A stretch of 64,000 nt of DNA, from positions 80,476,001-80,540,000 of the forward strand of contig OZ024745.1 in NCBI GenBank assembly GCA_964016885.1, written 5' to 3'. Below the pieces are notes generated by a model that saw only the letters and a program-made list of their open reading frames with translations, was not told the DNA's origin and did not search any database. Source of the stretch: Eledone cirrhosa (taxonomy: Eukaryota). The position numbers and the translations under genes were made by a program. This document shows positions 13,861 through 25,881 of this stretch, in pieces; positions within the stretch are counted from its first letter, which is position 1; every line of letters starts with the position of its first letter.

Positions 13861-13911
13861 AAGTTCTATTGGCTTAAAAGCTCAGATATTTTTCTTGTTT
13901 TTCTTTTATAG

Positions 13912-14040
13912 GTATTTGTACAGTATTTTATGTAAAAATCAAACAGTAACTGAAAATAACCGGTGCCTGTTGGTGGAGACATTGAGATCTATTTCTGAAA
14001 TACTTATATGGGGGGATCAACATGACAGTTCTGTGTTTGA
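13912..14040 (+). CDS. CLEC16A: CLEC16A exon (YLYSILCKNQTVTENNRCLLVETLRSISEILIWGDQHDSSVF)
   Basis: Matches the CLEC16A N-terminus (LLVET.RSI.EILIWGDQ.DSSVFD); ttatag/gtaagt. Confidence 0.96.
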
Positions 14041-14189
14041 GTAAGTATTATCCTAACCTGTTTTATTTATACTAAACACTACAGATGACTGTTTAGCAAT
14101 TATTTCTATATGCCACTGCCAGTGCATTAAAATGAAATTTCAATGCAAACTTATCTGTATAATGAAATAATTTCTTTGTTTTCAAACTA

Positions 14190-14565
14190 GTGTGGACACA
14201 AATAGCATCACTTTGGAGTAATGTTACTCGATAAAGTGCGTAGCTCAGAGTTCAGAGAGTCTCTCGAGGTAGAGTCCCTACTGCTCTGAATTGAGAGCTC
14301 ACAGCTCCGATACTATGAGCATGTAGTTAGAATGTCTCGGGAAAGAATCGCTGGACAGATTTTACAGGCAAAACCAACCGGCAAGAGACCCAGAGGTAGC
14401 CCCGAGGAAGATGGTTGGATAACATCCATGAACTTGGCTGGTCACACTTGAGGATCCAGCCTGATCAGTTGGAGACGGTTGCTTCTGACAGGACCTGCTG
14501 GAAGGAATGTTTGAGGACTCTGCCCCCACGACTCTCTTTGGAATAAGTGGGCAAAGAAGAAGCGT
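14190..14565 (+). mobile_element. 3' fragment of a second RTE family
   Basis: Encodes degenerate HVVRMSRERIA..ILQAKPTGKRPRG; same family as 49725-50140. Confidence 0.75.
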
Positions 14566-15518
14566 AATAGACGCTAGAATTAAGGTTTAGGGTTATGTTG
14601 AGGAAATTGACTATTTTATTGTTAGTTCTACTTCAAATGACAAAATGAAAACTATTTACATATTATACATAGGTGAAATGTAAAATTTCACATTCTCAGG
14701 AGAAAAAAAACTGTCTTTTGTTAGTATTTTACCAACCATTGAACAGCTATGCTTAACACTAGCTGGTGTAGGTTGACACATAAATAGGAAACACATGCAC
14801 TCATACATACATACATACATACATTTAACTAAAAAGAATTAATATTGCAATTAATATTTTCAAACTCAATGTATTTGTCATTATAGATAGAAAATTTGTT
14901 ATACTGTTGGAGGACTACATTTTTTAATGTAATTTCCAACGGTACTACAATCTTTTTCTTGTGGATTTGCTGATTACCAGCTCATTGTAGAATCATTTAT
15001 ATTGCTTCTGAAGATGTAATGTATAATATTTAATAATAATTTGTTTTTCCTACTATATTGTAATAACATAAGAATTAGTTAAATAACATGTATTGAAGCA
15101 ATGCTTGTAAGGCTATTAAATGATTTAAGAAATCCATTCCATCATTATATATATATATATAAGCAAAGGGTTTAGGCAGAATGTATATTTTATTAGTTTT
15201 CGAAAATCTATCGATAATGATGATTTAAAAAAAAAAAAAATTTCCTTGGACAACAATGGTGGCATGTATAGACGACTGCTGGTTTTCCACAAAAGCACCT
15301 TGCCTGGACTTGTGCCTTGGAGAGGAATTTTCTTGGTGCAAAACCCATAGTTATTCATGATCAAAAGGGGTTTATACCCTTTACCTTTATAATATTCAAT
15401 ACTATTTTATGATTGGAAGTTTTCTCTCATCTGTCTACCATTTTGTAAACAGTTAAATGCATCATCCTTTCATTTACTTTTAGTATAATATCAGTTTTGT
15501 TTGATAAATTTTTTATAG

Positions 15519-15652
15519 CTTTTTCTTGGAAAAGAACATGCTGTCATTTTTTTTACGTTATCTACGCCAAAAATGTGGTCGCTACATCTGTGTTCAGTTA
15601 TTACAAACTTTAAATATTTTGTTTGAAAATATTAGTAATGAAACCTCACTGT
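15519..15652 (+). CDS. CLEC16A: CLEC16A exon (FFLEKNMLSFFLRYLRQKCGRYICVQLLQTLNILFENISNETSL)
   Basis: FPL-domain sequence; ag/gtaagt; phase 2 to 1. Confidence 0.97.
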
Positions 15653-16085
15653 GTAAGTATAAATATCCTAGGTCTTTCATTATCTCATATATTTTTATGA
15701 ATAATATATATTTTATTGTTAAATGCTTACATGTTCAATCTTTACTCTTTTCTAATCTAAAGACATATTGTAATATCTTAACACTCTAATAGCTTGTAAT
15801 ATATTATTAACACAGTTATTATTATATTGTAATATATTATTGATATAGTAATATCTAGTAATATATTAGCTTGTAATATATTATTAACACAGTAATTGTA
15901 TTGTAATATATTAACACTGTAATATCTTGATATAGAAATTATACCCAACACTTTGAGCTCATCTTACTTTGGTCCTTTTTCTTAAGTTTAGTATACTTAG
16001 CAATTTATAACCTCAGAACAATTAAGGTAGTTTGGAATTTTTGTCCAAATGATTTTATCTCTAAAGAGATGTGATAAATATTTTC

Positions 16086-16313
16086 AAATGATTAGAAAAT
16101 GTAGAAAACCTTGAATGCAGAAAATAATTATACACAATTGACTGCTGTAAATAATGGCTTAGAAAACGAGGTAAAATAACCCTATAGATGGAAAAAGGGG
16201 CCACTTTTTCTATTGATAGGAGTATTTTAACTAATTTTCTAAGCTATTTATAGCAATCAACAGTATTTAGTTATTTTCTGCATTTGAGATTTTCCGTATT
16301 TTTCTAAGCATTT
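16086..16313. repeat. Imperfect ~110-bp-arm hairpin (fold-back element)
   Basis: TTAGAAAAT..AATGCAGAAAATAA..CTTAGAAAA is mirrored downstream. Confidence 0.6.
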
Positions 16314-16401
16314 CAACTCTTTCAATGCTCTGTTTATTTACAAATGTTGTTACATTTTCATGTGAATTGTAATTATAATTAACTTTAAAAATATTTTTCA
16401 G

Positions 16402-16469
16402 ACTATTTACTTTCAAACAACCATATCAACTCTATCATTGTTCATAAATTTGATTTCTCAGATGAAGAG
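16402..16469 (+). CDS. CLEC16A: CLEC16A exon (YYLLSNNHINSIIVHKFDFSDEE)
   Basis: Conserved peptide; cag/gtaaga. Confidence 0.97.
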
Positions 16470-16974
16470 GTAAGACAGCAAACCAAACAAGGTTTTAGTT
16501 TGGCTAAATATATTGTCATTTTATTTAACACTTAAATATATTGTCATCATTTCATCTAACACCTAAATATATTGTCATTTCATTTAACACTTTTATTAAA
16601 AAAAAAAATGACATTTTATTGTTTTTGTGGGGGGTTATAGGGGTGGTAACATATGTGGAAGGGGATTAGTGAAAGGGCCTGCTTCTTGGACAGTGTGGAT
16701 CTCTTTTTCATCATCTGTGGATGAGCTATAGGTAGTCATGTGAAAATTACTTTCTAATACAGTTAAGAATATATAAATAAACGAAAACCAAAGGGAATAT
16801 AATTTTATATGTGAGTTATATATATCGGTTATATGTGAGTGGCTCAAATGTAAATAACAAAAATCCTTCTTAACTACTTTTCATTACTATACTTTTATAG
16901 GTAATCTGAGCTGACCATGTTGATATGGTGTTAATCTGTCCATTGGCCATGAGATCCATAGTTTATATCCCAAT

Positions 16975-17200
16975 GCACTCAGTCCACCCTGTTAGGTTGT
17001 TGTGCTGATACCATGAGAAAAACACTCAGTCCATCCTGTTAGGTGGTTGTTCTGCTGCCACGATAAAAAGCACCCAGTCTACCCTGTTAGGTGGTTGTTC
17101 TGGTGCCACGATAAAAAGCACCCAGTCTACCCTGTTAGGTGGTTGTTCTGGTGCCACGATAAACAGTACCCAGTCTACACTGTAATGTGGTTGGTGTTAG
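16975..17200 (+). repeat. 48-bp tandem repeat (~4-5 copies) derived from RTE/SINE 3' UTR
   Basis: CACCCAGTCTACCCTGTTAGGTGGTTGTTCTGGTGCCACGATAAAAAG repeated. Confidence 0.8.
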
Positions 17201-17652
17201 GGCATTCAGCAGTAAAAACCAAGCCAAAATACAAATTCGTATGAACATGTGGTCACCTGACCTGACTTGTCTCATAACGTGACAATCCATCTAATCTATA
17301 CAAGCATGGAAAATAGATTTTAAATGGTGATGATGATTATGATGATCATGATGCTGAGTTACATGGGTCAGTGATCTAGATATATTAACATTCACTGGCT
17401 CAGTCTACCTAGGTACCACAAATAGGTATAGTTCACTACAAAAATAGCATGAAGACTTTAGATTTAACACATTTTTTAATGAATTTGAAGTACTGAAATC
17501 AAATCTGTCCACAAGGGTAGTTTGAAAAGGGAAGGGGTTTACTAGGTTGATATCACATTACATGATTTATTATTCATGACTTCTTTTGATATTTGGTATG
17601 AACATCTTTATTGTAAATTTTTGTCAAAACCTGTTAATTCTTTTTTTGGCAG

Positions 17653-17733
17653 GTGATGGCCTATTATATTTCATTCTTAAAAACATTATCTTTGAAATTA
17701 AACCGACATACCATTCACTTTTTCTACAATGAG
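17653..17733 (+). CDS. CLEC16A: CLEC16A exon (VMAYYISFLKTLSLKLNRHTIHFFYNE)
   Basis: Conserved peptide; cag/gtaagt. Confidence 0.97.
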
Positions 17734-19246
17734 GTAAGTATCATTTACTAAATTATGAATTGTTTTATATAATTATGCCAACTCAGCCAAAACAGACTTT
17801 GGTCCTATGAAACAAACCCACCCATTTTAAATGGTTCTTATTTAAATAAAAAGTTCCCAACATAATTTATACAACAACCATATGTTGTTATTATTTTATT
17901 AACAAAAAAATTAATTCTTCATTCATTAATAAATAGTGTATTTAATTAGAAATATGGTCACAAGAGGATTAAATAATTTGAGACCTACTCGTGAGAGTAT
18001 TCTGTTGATATTTATTCAGAATTTTAGTGAAAATAATTATATACAGTAATTAAGGGAGCCATTTAAATAATTATGTAATCTTTCAGCTTCTTTACATCCT
18101 ATGTAAATCTGTTGTTTTGATTCTCTTTTAGCTACTTGGTATTGCGCTTTACTGCCCCCATTTTCCCATTTGTTTTGTACCTGTGTCTTAGTTTAAATGC
18201 TGTGTCGACAGTACTGTTCACCCTTTATTTGGCTGGTACCTTGCTTCAGCTGCATATCTTGTTAGTGGCTTGCATTAGGCTTCCTGAAAAATCTTTCAGT
18301 TGCCTCTTATATTGTATATTTTATTGTGTCACCAACACTAGAAAGGTTGCCATATCCTTAATGTGACTAGAGTCCTGTCTACTCCAAATTGCCTTTGTTT
18401 GATTGCTAAGTATGCTAACTACTTGGCATACTTGGGTAGATTTTATTAGTGCAGCAATGCTAGAGTGGTTGTCTTGTTCATTTGAAACAAAAGAATCCTC
18501 TTCTCTATGTAGTCTCCATTCTTTCAAGGCGAACATGATTGCAAGTGTATGAATAGTAGAGGAGTGATGAACCATGCTATGAATAATGGTTAGTGGTAGA
18601 GGATATGAGTAGTTAATACTGAATATAAGCAGATCTGATGGCATCTCTTATTGCACAAGCTGTATGATAGAAAAGAGGAAGTGATTGAGGGATGATGGGA
18701 GTGGGATTTACAGACAAGTAGCATGGTACAGTGAATAGTATAGAGGATGCTGGATGAGCAGTTAATGAATATGAAAGAAAATGCAAACTTACCACGAATG
18801 TACTGAGTATACTGAGAGACATTGAAATTTATTATACATCCCAGACTTCATTACCATCACCATTATTTAACAACTGTAGTATGAAGATCTGGATCACCTT
18901 CCTGACATCATATACATATGCTGGGTTCTTTAATTTTTTTTTTGTAAACAACATTGTAAATATGAAGTATCAAAGTGTTTGATTAGATTTGAAATCCTTA
19001 GATGTTAAAATCCTGAACATGGAAAATAACTAGCCACAGTTGAATGTTATGAATAATTGCTTAGAAAATCGACTGTGGCTGCAGCTATTGAAGCATTTGG
19101 TTAGATTTGAACTTCTTTGATGAAGGAATCCTAAATGCAGAAAATAACTGTAACCAGAGTTCATTGTATTTGGGATTCCCACATTTTCTAAGAATTTCTA
19201 TTTTTTCTATAATTATTTTCCCTCTTTACTATATTTTCTTTTGCAG

Positions 19247-19352
19247 CATACAAATGATTTTGCACTTTATACAGAAGCCATAAAATTTTTCAATCAGCAT
19301 GAGACTATGGTCCGGATTGCTGTCCGTACTATTACTTTAAATGTCTATCGAG
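19247..19352 (+). CDS. CLEC16A: CLEC16A exon ([35 protein letters not shown])
   Basis: Conserved peptide; tgcag/gtgagt. Confidence 0.97.
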
Positions 19353-19785
19353 GTGAGTGATGATGTAGCTTTTATAATATTAATTGAAATTTAATTAATT
19401 TAAATGTATTTAAAGCAAGTGATGATAGTAATTGTACAATGAATGTAGAGTTTAAAAACTAGAAACTGTGCTACTTTTAGTGCTCTATCTATCTGAAATT
19501 TTCAAACATTTATCTAATTATATTTACTGCATGGATTTTATTGTGGCACCAACACAAGAGAGGTTGCATTGTTACTGCAAAGCTAAAGAGTCCTCTCCAT
19601 TTTTACAGTCTTCATTCTTTCAAAGCAAACATTATCAAAAGACTAATTAGATAGGGAGTGATGGCAATATATTGAATGATATAATTGATTTTATTGTTGA
19701 ATAGATTAAGAAGGAATAATAAAGTATAATGTTTGATAAGAATGGACTATTAATGTAAATATTTCTGGAATTTGATAATTGAAAA

Positions 19786-19972
19786 TAATTGTTTCTACTT
19801 TAGGCACAAGACCAGCAATTACCCAGTGCATTACTGGTACTTTATTTCATCGACCCCGTAAGGATGAAAGGCAAAGTCAACCTCGGCGGGATTTGAACTC
19901 AGATCGTAAAGGGATGTAACTCTATGCTTCAAAGCATGGCGTCCGACCCTCTACCGATACTGCCAATCCACT
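19786..19972 (-). mobile_element. tRNA-derived SINE (family A), young copy
   Basis: A-box TGGCAGTATCGG and B-box GTTCAAATCCC on the minus strand; near-identical to 23100-23282. Confidence 0.85.
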
Positions 19973-20355
19973 GAAATTCAACCATTCAGCATATTATTTA
20001 GAGACCCCTGCCAGTTATAGAAAATATTTTCCAAATATAGAGAAGATTCATAAAATATTTGGAGATTTTTTACTTGATTAATATTATATAGCTGTGATTT
20101 TGAGTGCAGAAGTATATTTCAGTCTAATCTAGCCTTCCTGGAGTTTATAAAAAATATGTTCTTAAGATGGTAATGGTTGAAGCTTTTCTTGTCTTATATG
20201 CTATTGTGGCATGTAACTATTACACCACCATCTAGTATCTATGTTGGAATTTACTTGCTAATTTCCCATTCAACCTAGAAAACTTCAAGCTAACTTCTCA
20301 AAGTATCCTACCTCTCTTTGATTCATGAAGATGTCAGGATATATAGTTTCTGATA

Positions 20356-20526
20356 TTAGAAATGTTGAAATCCAAATGCAGATTCATTACAATAATAATA
20401 ATATTAGAAAATAAAGTAAAATACCCTTAGAGACAGAAAATAGTGGCTTTTGGCTGTTTATTTTCTGTCGCTAAGGGTAATACTATTATCATTGTAGTGA
20501 ATCTGTTTGGATTTCAACATTTCTAA
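20356..20526. repeat. Imperfect hairpin (fold-back family)
   Basis: TTAGAAATGTTGAAATCCAAA...TTTGGATTTCAACATTTCTAA; inner CCCTTAG..ACAGAAAATA is mirrored. Confidence 0.7.
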
Positions 20527-20960
20527 TTTCAAATCGTCCAAACACCTCAATAAATCATAAGAGTTTCTTATGTTTTCTGTTTAGGAATTCATCATTGTTA
20601 CTTCATATGAAAATTCTGCAATATTTAATTTAATTAATAACTAATAAATTTTTTTTATTTTAGTAAATTTAAGGTCAAGTGCAATGGTAGGATTAAAAGA
20701 ATGCCATACTTAATGTGTGGTATCTTATTTGGTGCCTCATAATTCTTAGTTTAAATTATTCTGAGGTCAACTTTGCCTTTCATCCTTCCAATTAAATAAA
20801 TACCTGTAAAATACAGGAATAAATCATTCAAAAATTGTAATTATTGATGAAAAATTTACTTTGAACAAATTTAGCTCTGAATTTTGACATATATTCTAAA
20901 ATGTCATTTGTAAATCATTATATTCTTTATATTGACGTATAACACTAAATTGTTTATATA

Positions 20961-21411
20961 TCATCATCATCATCATCATCGTTTAACGTCCGTGTTCCAC
21001 GCTTGCATGGGTTTGGATGGGGGTTTTCCCACTTGAGGCAAGAGTGATTGTCTTGCTCGCATAGGACTGTCTGGCGGGTTTTCTACAGCTGGATGCCCTT
21101 CCTAACACCAACCACATTTACAGTGTGGGGCTGGGAGGTTTTTACCGTGTTGCCTACACGGCCACATTACAGCGTGGACTGTCTGGCGGGTTTTTTACAG
21201 CTGGATGCCCTTCCTAACACCAACCACATTTACAGTGTGGGGCTGGGAGGTTTTTACCGTGTTGCCTACACGGCCACATTACAGTGTGGACTGTGTGTTT
21301 TTTTTGTCGTGACACCTACACGATCTCATTTGTTTCGGTCTGGATGTTGTGGCACCAACATAACTTTACATTGAAAGGGGCGGTGTGGATGGGGTGGGGG
21401 TGGTGGGACGG

Positions 21412-21414
<3 letters not shown>
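20961..21414 (-). mobile_element. 5'-truncated RTE copy (3' UTR only)
   Basis: Near-identical to the reverse complement of 37915-38373, including the 117-bp internal duplication and (GAT)n tail. Confidence 0.9.
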
Positions 21415-21471
<57 letters not shown>

Positions 21472-21487
21472 CTTTTTCTTTTTCTAG

Positions 21488-21611
21488 TGGATGATAAAGC
21501 AATGTTGAGATATATTCGGGATCGGACAGCAGCTCCTTATTTTTCAAATCTTGTTTGGTTTATTGGTAACCATATCTTAGATCTTGACTGTTGTGTACGC
21601 AATGATGCAGA
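21488..21611 (+). CDS. CLEC16A: CLEC16A exon (DDKAMLRYIRDRTAAPYFSNLVWFIGNHILDLDCCVRNDA)
   Basis: Conserved PYFSNLVWFIG; tctag/gtgagt. Confidence 0.97.
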
Positions 21612-23099
21612 GTGAGTACCTTTTTTATTTTTTTACACCGTTTCCAAAATACCCCCACCCTCCATACCTTTTAGTCTTCGAGGCCTTTATTTAACACATA
21701 TCTTAGACAAGGCATTCATAACCTAGGGTAATTTTCCCTGATGGAGGTAGATTTTTACTCAGAGCATAAGTTTGTTGATTCTGAACTTGAATGTAACTTT
21801 TTCAATTATAATTAAAAACAATATGTAGTTGAAAATAAAATTAGAAGTAGGCCTATTTTGTTTATTAAAACACCAATTTATTTTCTTTCTACCATTTTGG
21901 ACTTAACCATCTGTATTTTACAGATCTTAATTATTGTGTTGCCAATGTAGTAATCTAATTCAGAGAAGAATAACTTTTGAAAGGCATAAATGATAGAGAA
22001 GAAATAAAACATCAATATGGCAGAATGCTTGCCTGTCCATTCTCTCTGTATTTTAAAATTTACTCTTTGTCTGTTACTGTACTGAACAAAAAGAGTGTGT
22101 TGGGTGGGTGGGTTCTGGAGTAAATTCACTTTCAGAAAGTTACCACAGGATTAATGGGACAAAAAAACAAAAAAAAAACAACCTTTCTTAATACTTTGAT
22201 ACCAACCCATCCAAAACTGGCTCTGGTTCTATGAAAGAAAAGGACCCATTTTAACGGGTTCCTATATAAATTAAAAAAATCTTCCGACATAATTTTATAT
22301 AAGAATTATATGTTAAGTTACTATCTTATTCTCCATTAATTAATTGAAGTAGTGTATTTCATTAGAAATATAGTAAGAAAATGCTTCTCCTGTCATTCTC
22401 TATTATTTTAGTTCTTGCATTAAATTTTGCAAATCTAATATTAATAATTGCATATGGACTAAAGAATACTGTTTATATCCTGCTGGGATATTATTGGCTA
22501 TTTGAAAACATTTTGTTTAGCTTTTGACTTTCTGGGTGAAATCCGAAGTTATAACAATCATTATTTTACGTTCATTTTTTCATGCTGGTATGGGATAGGT
22601 GGGCCATTACAGACCAGATTAATACTTGAACAAATCTACTGTCTTCTTAGACCCATCAAATAACCAAGTGTCAATACATTCCATTTTTCGCATGGTTTCT
22701 ATGAACTTGTAGCGTGGAAAATGGACGTTAAACGAAGATGATGATGATGATGATGATGTAGGGCATCGAATAAAATACTATTGCACTATTTGTTCTACTC
22801 TTTACATTCTGACTTCAAGTCCCACTGAGGTCAACTTTGCCTTTCATCCTTCTGAGGTTGGTAAAACAAAGTACCAGTGAAGTAATGGGGTCGATATAAT
22901 CAACTTTAGCTCCCCACAGATAGTTGGCTTTGTGCCTAATTTAGAAATCGTTATTGTAGTAGCTCTATGGCATATAGTTATGTCCTTTTATGTTCCGAGT
23001 TCAAATCCCGTCGAGATTAGCTTTGCCTTTACTTTCACCCTTATGGGGGTCGATTTAATTGACTTCCCCTTCCCCTAAAATTGTTGGCCTTCTGCCTTG

Positions 23100-23282
23100 G
23101 GTTGGCAGTATCGGTAGAGAGTCGGATGCTATGCTTTCCAGCATAGTTACGTCCCTTTACGATCTGAGTTCAAATCCCGCCGAGGTTGACTTTGCCTTTC
23201 ATCCTTACGGGGTCGATAAAATAAAGTACCAGTAATGCACTGGTTAATTGCTGGCCTTGTGCCTAAAGTAGAAACAATTATT
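23100..23282 (+). mobile_element. tRNA-derived SINE (family A), preceded by older tandem copies from ~22760
   Basis: A/B boxes and central domain. Confidence 0.85.
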
Positions 23283-23289
23283 TTAATAG

Positions 23290-23327
<38 letters not shown>

Positions 23328-23631
23328 AGACACAGACACAGACACAGACACACACACAGATACAGACACACACAGACACAGACACACACAGACACAGACA
23401 CAGACACAGACACAGACACACACACACACACACACACACACATATTTATGGTATCAAAACATCAAATATGCTTGATTTTTGTGCTTCTCAATAAAAAAGC
23501 TCAATGGACGTTTGTCTAGCGCTATAATAATTCAAATTAAAAGATATGTGTTTATATCTTTTAATTTGGATTATATATATATATATATGTATATATAAAT
23601 GTGGTTAATGCAATGTCATGTTATTTTCTAG

Positions 23632-23821
23632 TCACCAAAGCCGAGATAGACTGGCTGATCTAGTTGCTGAACATTTAGATCACTTGCACTACCTCAATGA
23701 TATCCTCTCTCTCAACATAGATGAACTGAATGAAGTACTTGTTGAGCATTTGTTGAATCGACTACTTATTCCCCTTTATGTGTACTCTTTAACAAAGAGG
23801 AAAAAGTATTCTAACAGACAG
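23632..23821 (+). CDS. CLEC16A: CLEC16A exon (HQSRDRLADLVAEHLDHLHYLNDIL...LYVYSLTKRKKYSNRQ)
   Basis: Conserved DLVAEHLDHLHYLNDIL; tctag/gtaaga. Confidence 0.97.
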
Positions 23822-24269
23822 GTAAGATTATCAAGTGTGATGAACAAAATTCTTCATTCACTTCACAAACTTAACAAAATACTTCAAATTTTAATTACTT
23901 TCCATTTTCTTATGTTACCCTTTATTTTTATTTATATATTTTTTAAAGTATAGGTCCAGGAAATTTATTTGCAACTGTTGGTAAAATAAATGTTATACGT
24001 CATAAGAAAATCAAGACTATCATAGTATAAGGCAAAGCAGTTTATGTAACTTTATGTTTCAAATGTTATATACATTTCTCTAAAATATTTATATATAACT
24101 TTGTATATTGTTTCATTGCTTGTTTTTTATGTCAGATAGGACAGACAGGGCCATTTACAGGTCCACACAGATGTAGTTGATGTCTCTTGAAAAAATGCTA
24201 CTATGACCAAATGTGTGTATGTATATATATATGTATGTGTGTATGTGTATATATATATATATATATATT

Positions 24270-24579
24270 TCTACAGCTGGATGCCCTTCCTAACACCAAC
24301 CTCATTTACAGTGAGTGCTGGGTGCATTTTTTCCGTGGCGCCTACACGTCCACTTTACAGTGTGGGCTGGGTGCTTTTTTGCCGTGACACCTCCACAACC
24401 ACTTTGCAGAGGAATGATGGGGACCCCTGTCCTATCATCTCATTTCTACAGCTGAGTAAACTGGAGCAATGTGAAATAAAGTGTCTTGCTCAAGGAAACA
24501 ACACATCACCCAGTTTGATAATTGAACTCACAACCTTTCGATTGCAAGGCCAATGCTCTAACCACTAAGCCATGTGCCT

Positions 24580-24581
<2 letters not shown>
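24270..24581 (-). mobile_element. tRNA-derived SINE (family B) with RTE-like 3' region
   Basis: Reverse complement of the GGAGGCACATGGCTTAGTGG...CCTTGAGCAAGACACTT head seen at 57717. Confidence 0.85.
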
Positions 24582-24621
<40 letters not shown>

Positions 24622-24700
24622 AGCCGAAGGAAATGTGGTAAGGAGCCAGGTGGACCATAACGCACCAAAGTACTCAATACTTAGGGTATTAGAGTGGGTA

Positions 24701-24828
24701 ATAGGAACGAGTAGGACCCCGATGGCTGAGCTCAAGCCGTTTCGACAACTAATTCTGGACTAAATTTAGTCCAGAATTAGCCGTCGAAACGGCTTGAGCT
24801 CAGCCGTCGGGGTCCTACTCGTTCCTAT
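24701..24828. repeat. 128-bp GC-rich palindrome containing the 3' half of a hammerhead (GAAA-stem III-GUC)
   Basis: 64-bp arms, no loop; GTCGAAACGGCTTGAGCTCAGCCGTC; flanked by (TA)n. Confidence 0.85.
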
Positions 24829-24855
24829 ATATATGTATATGTGTGTGTGTATATT

Positions 24856-24892
<37 letters not shown>

Positions 24893-25058
24893 ATGTGTAT
24901 GTATGTATGTATGTATTTATATTTATATATATGTGTATGTATGTATGTATTTATATTTATATATATGTGTATGTATGTATGTATTTATATATATATGTGT
25001 ATGTATGTATGTATTTATATTATATATATATGTATGTATGTATTTATATTTATATATA

Positions 25059-25089
<31 letters not shown>

Positions 25090-25254
25090 TTATATTTATC
25101 TATATATATATGTGTGTATGTATGTATGTATTTATATTTATATATGTGTGTGTATGTATGTATGTATTTATATTTATATATATATATGTGTGTGTATGTA
25201 TGTATGTATTTATATATATATGTGTATGTATATATATATATATATATATATATA
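24829..25254. repeat. Compound microsatellite
   Basis: Direct inspection. Confidence 0.95.
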
Positions 25255-25839
25255 ATCATCATCATTTTACGTCTGCTTTTTCCTGTGTGTGTATGTAAAT
25301 TATTTATTTATGTTCATACACAGAACAAAAGTGATACCTAAGGTTTCAAGGCCCAATATTGACGATATCTCTAGAATGGAAGAGGGATCAAAATTGTGAT
25401 TTAATTTTTAGGTTCCTATATGAATTTTTATGAAAGCAGGTGTGTTTAGAAAATGTTGAGCAGATTTTGAAAATTGAATTAGATTTTGCCGAATTTTTGA
25501 CTAAATAAAATAGTTTAATAATGAGGTGTGTAAGCCCACTGAACAGAAAAAGATGTGTGCTAATGTCCATCTTTTTCCACTTAGTAGGCTTATACACCTT
25601 GTTATTAGACTCTTTAGTCAAAAATACAGCGAAATCTTCTAAATCAATCTATATATATTTATACTTATTTTATTAAACATTTAATTATTCGGTAGTTAAT
25701 TGCATTTGCATCGCTCCAATTAATACAGGTGTAAGCAGGATTAAGCTTTCCACATTATATGCATATTTTCAACTATGATATGGAATCACTTGGGTAGCAC
25801 ACAGTGGAGTATAGGTATAAAAATGAAAAAGTTGTCTTC

Positions 25840-25881
<42 letters not shown>

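Noticed and set aside
1-13911. CLEC16A first coding exon
   Set aside because: No segment encoding the expected MF...HSL.HLK start with a phase-2 donor was found; probably upstream of the window
20650-20690. Possible microexon at the position of the short alternative exon recalled from vertebrate CLEC16A
   Set aside because: An acceptor-like TTTTAG is present but no convincing donor
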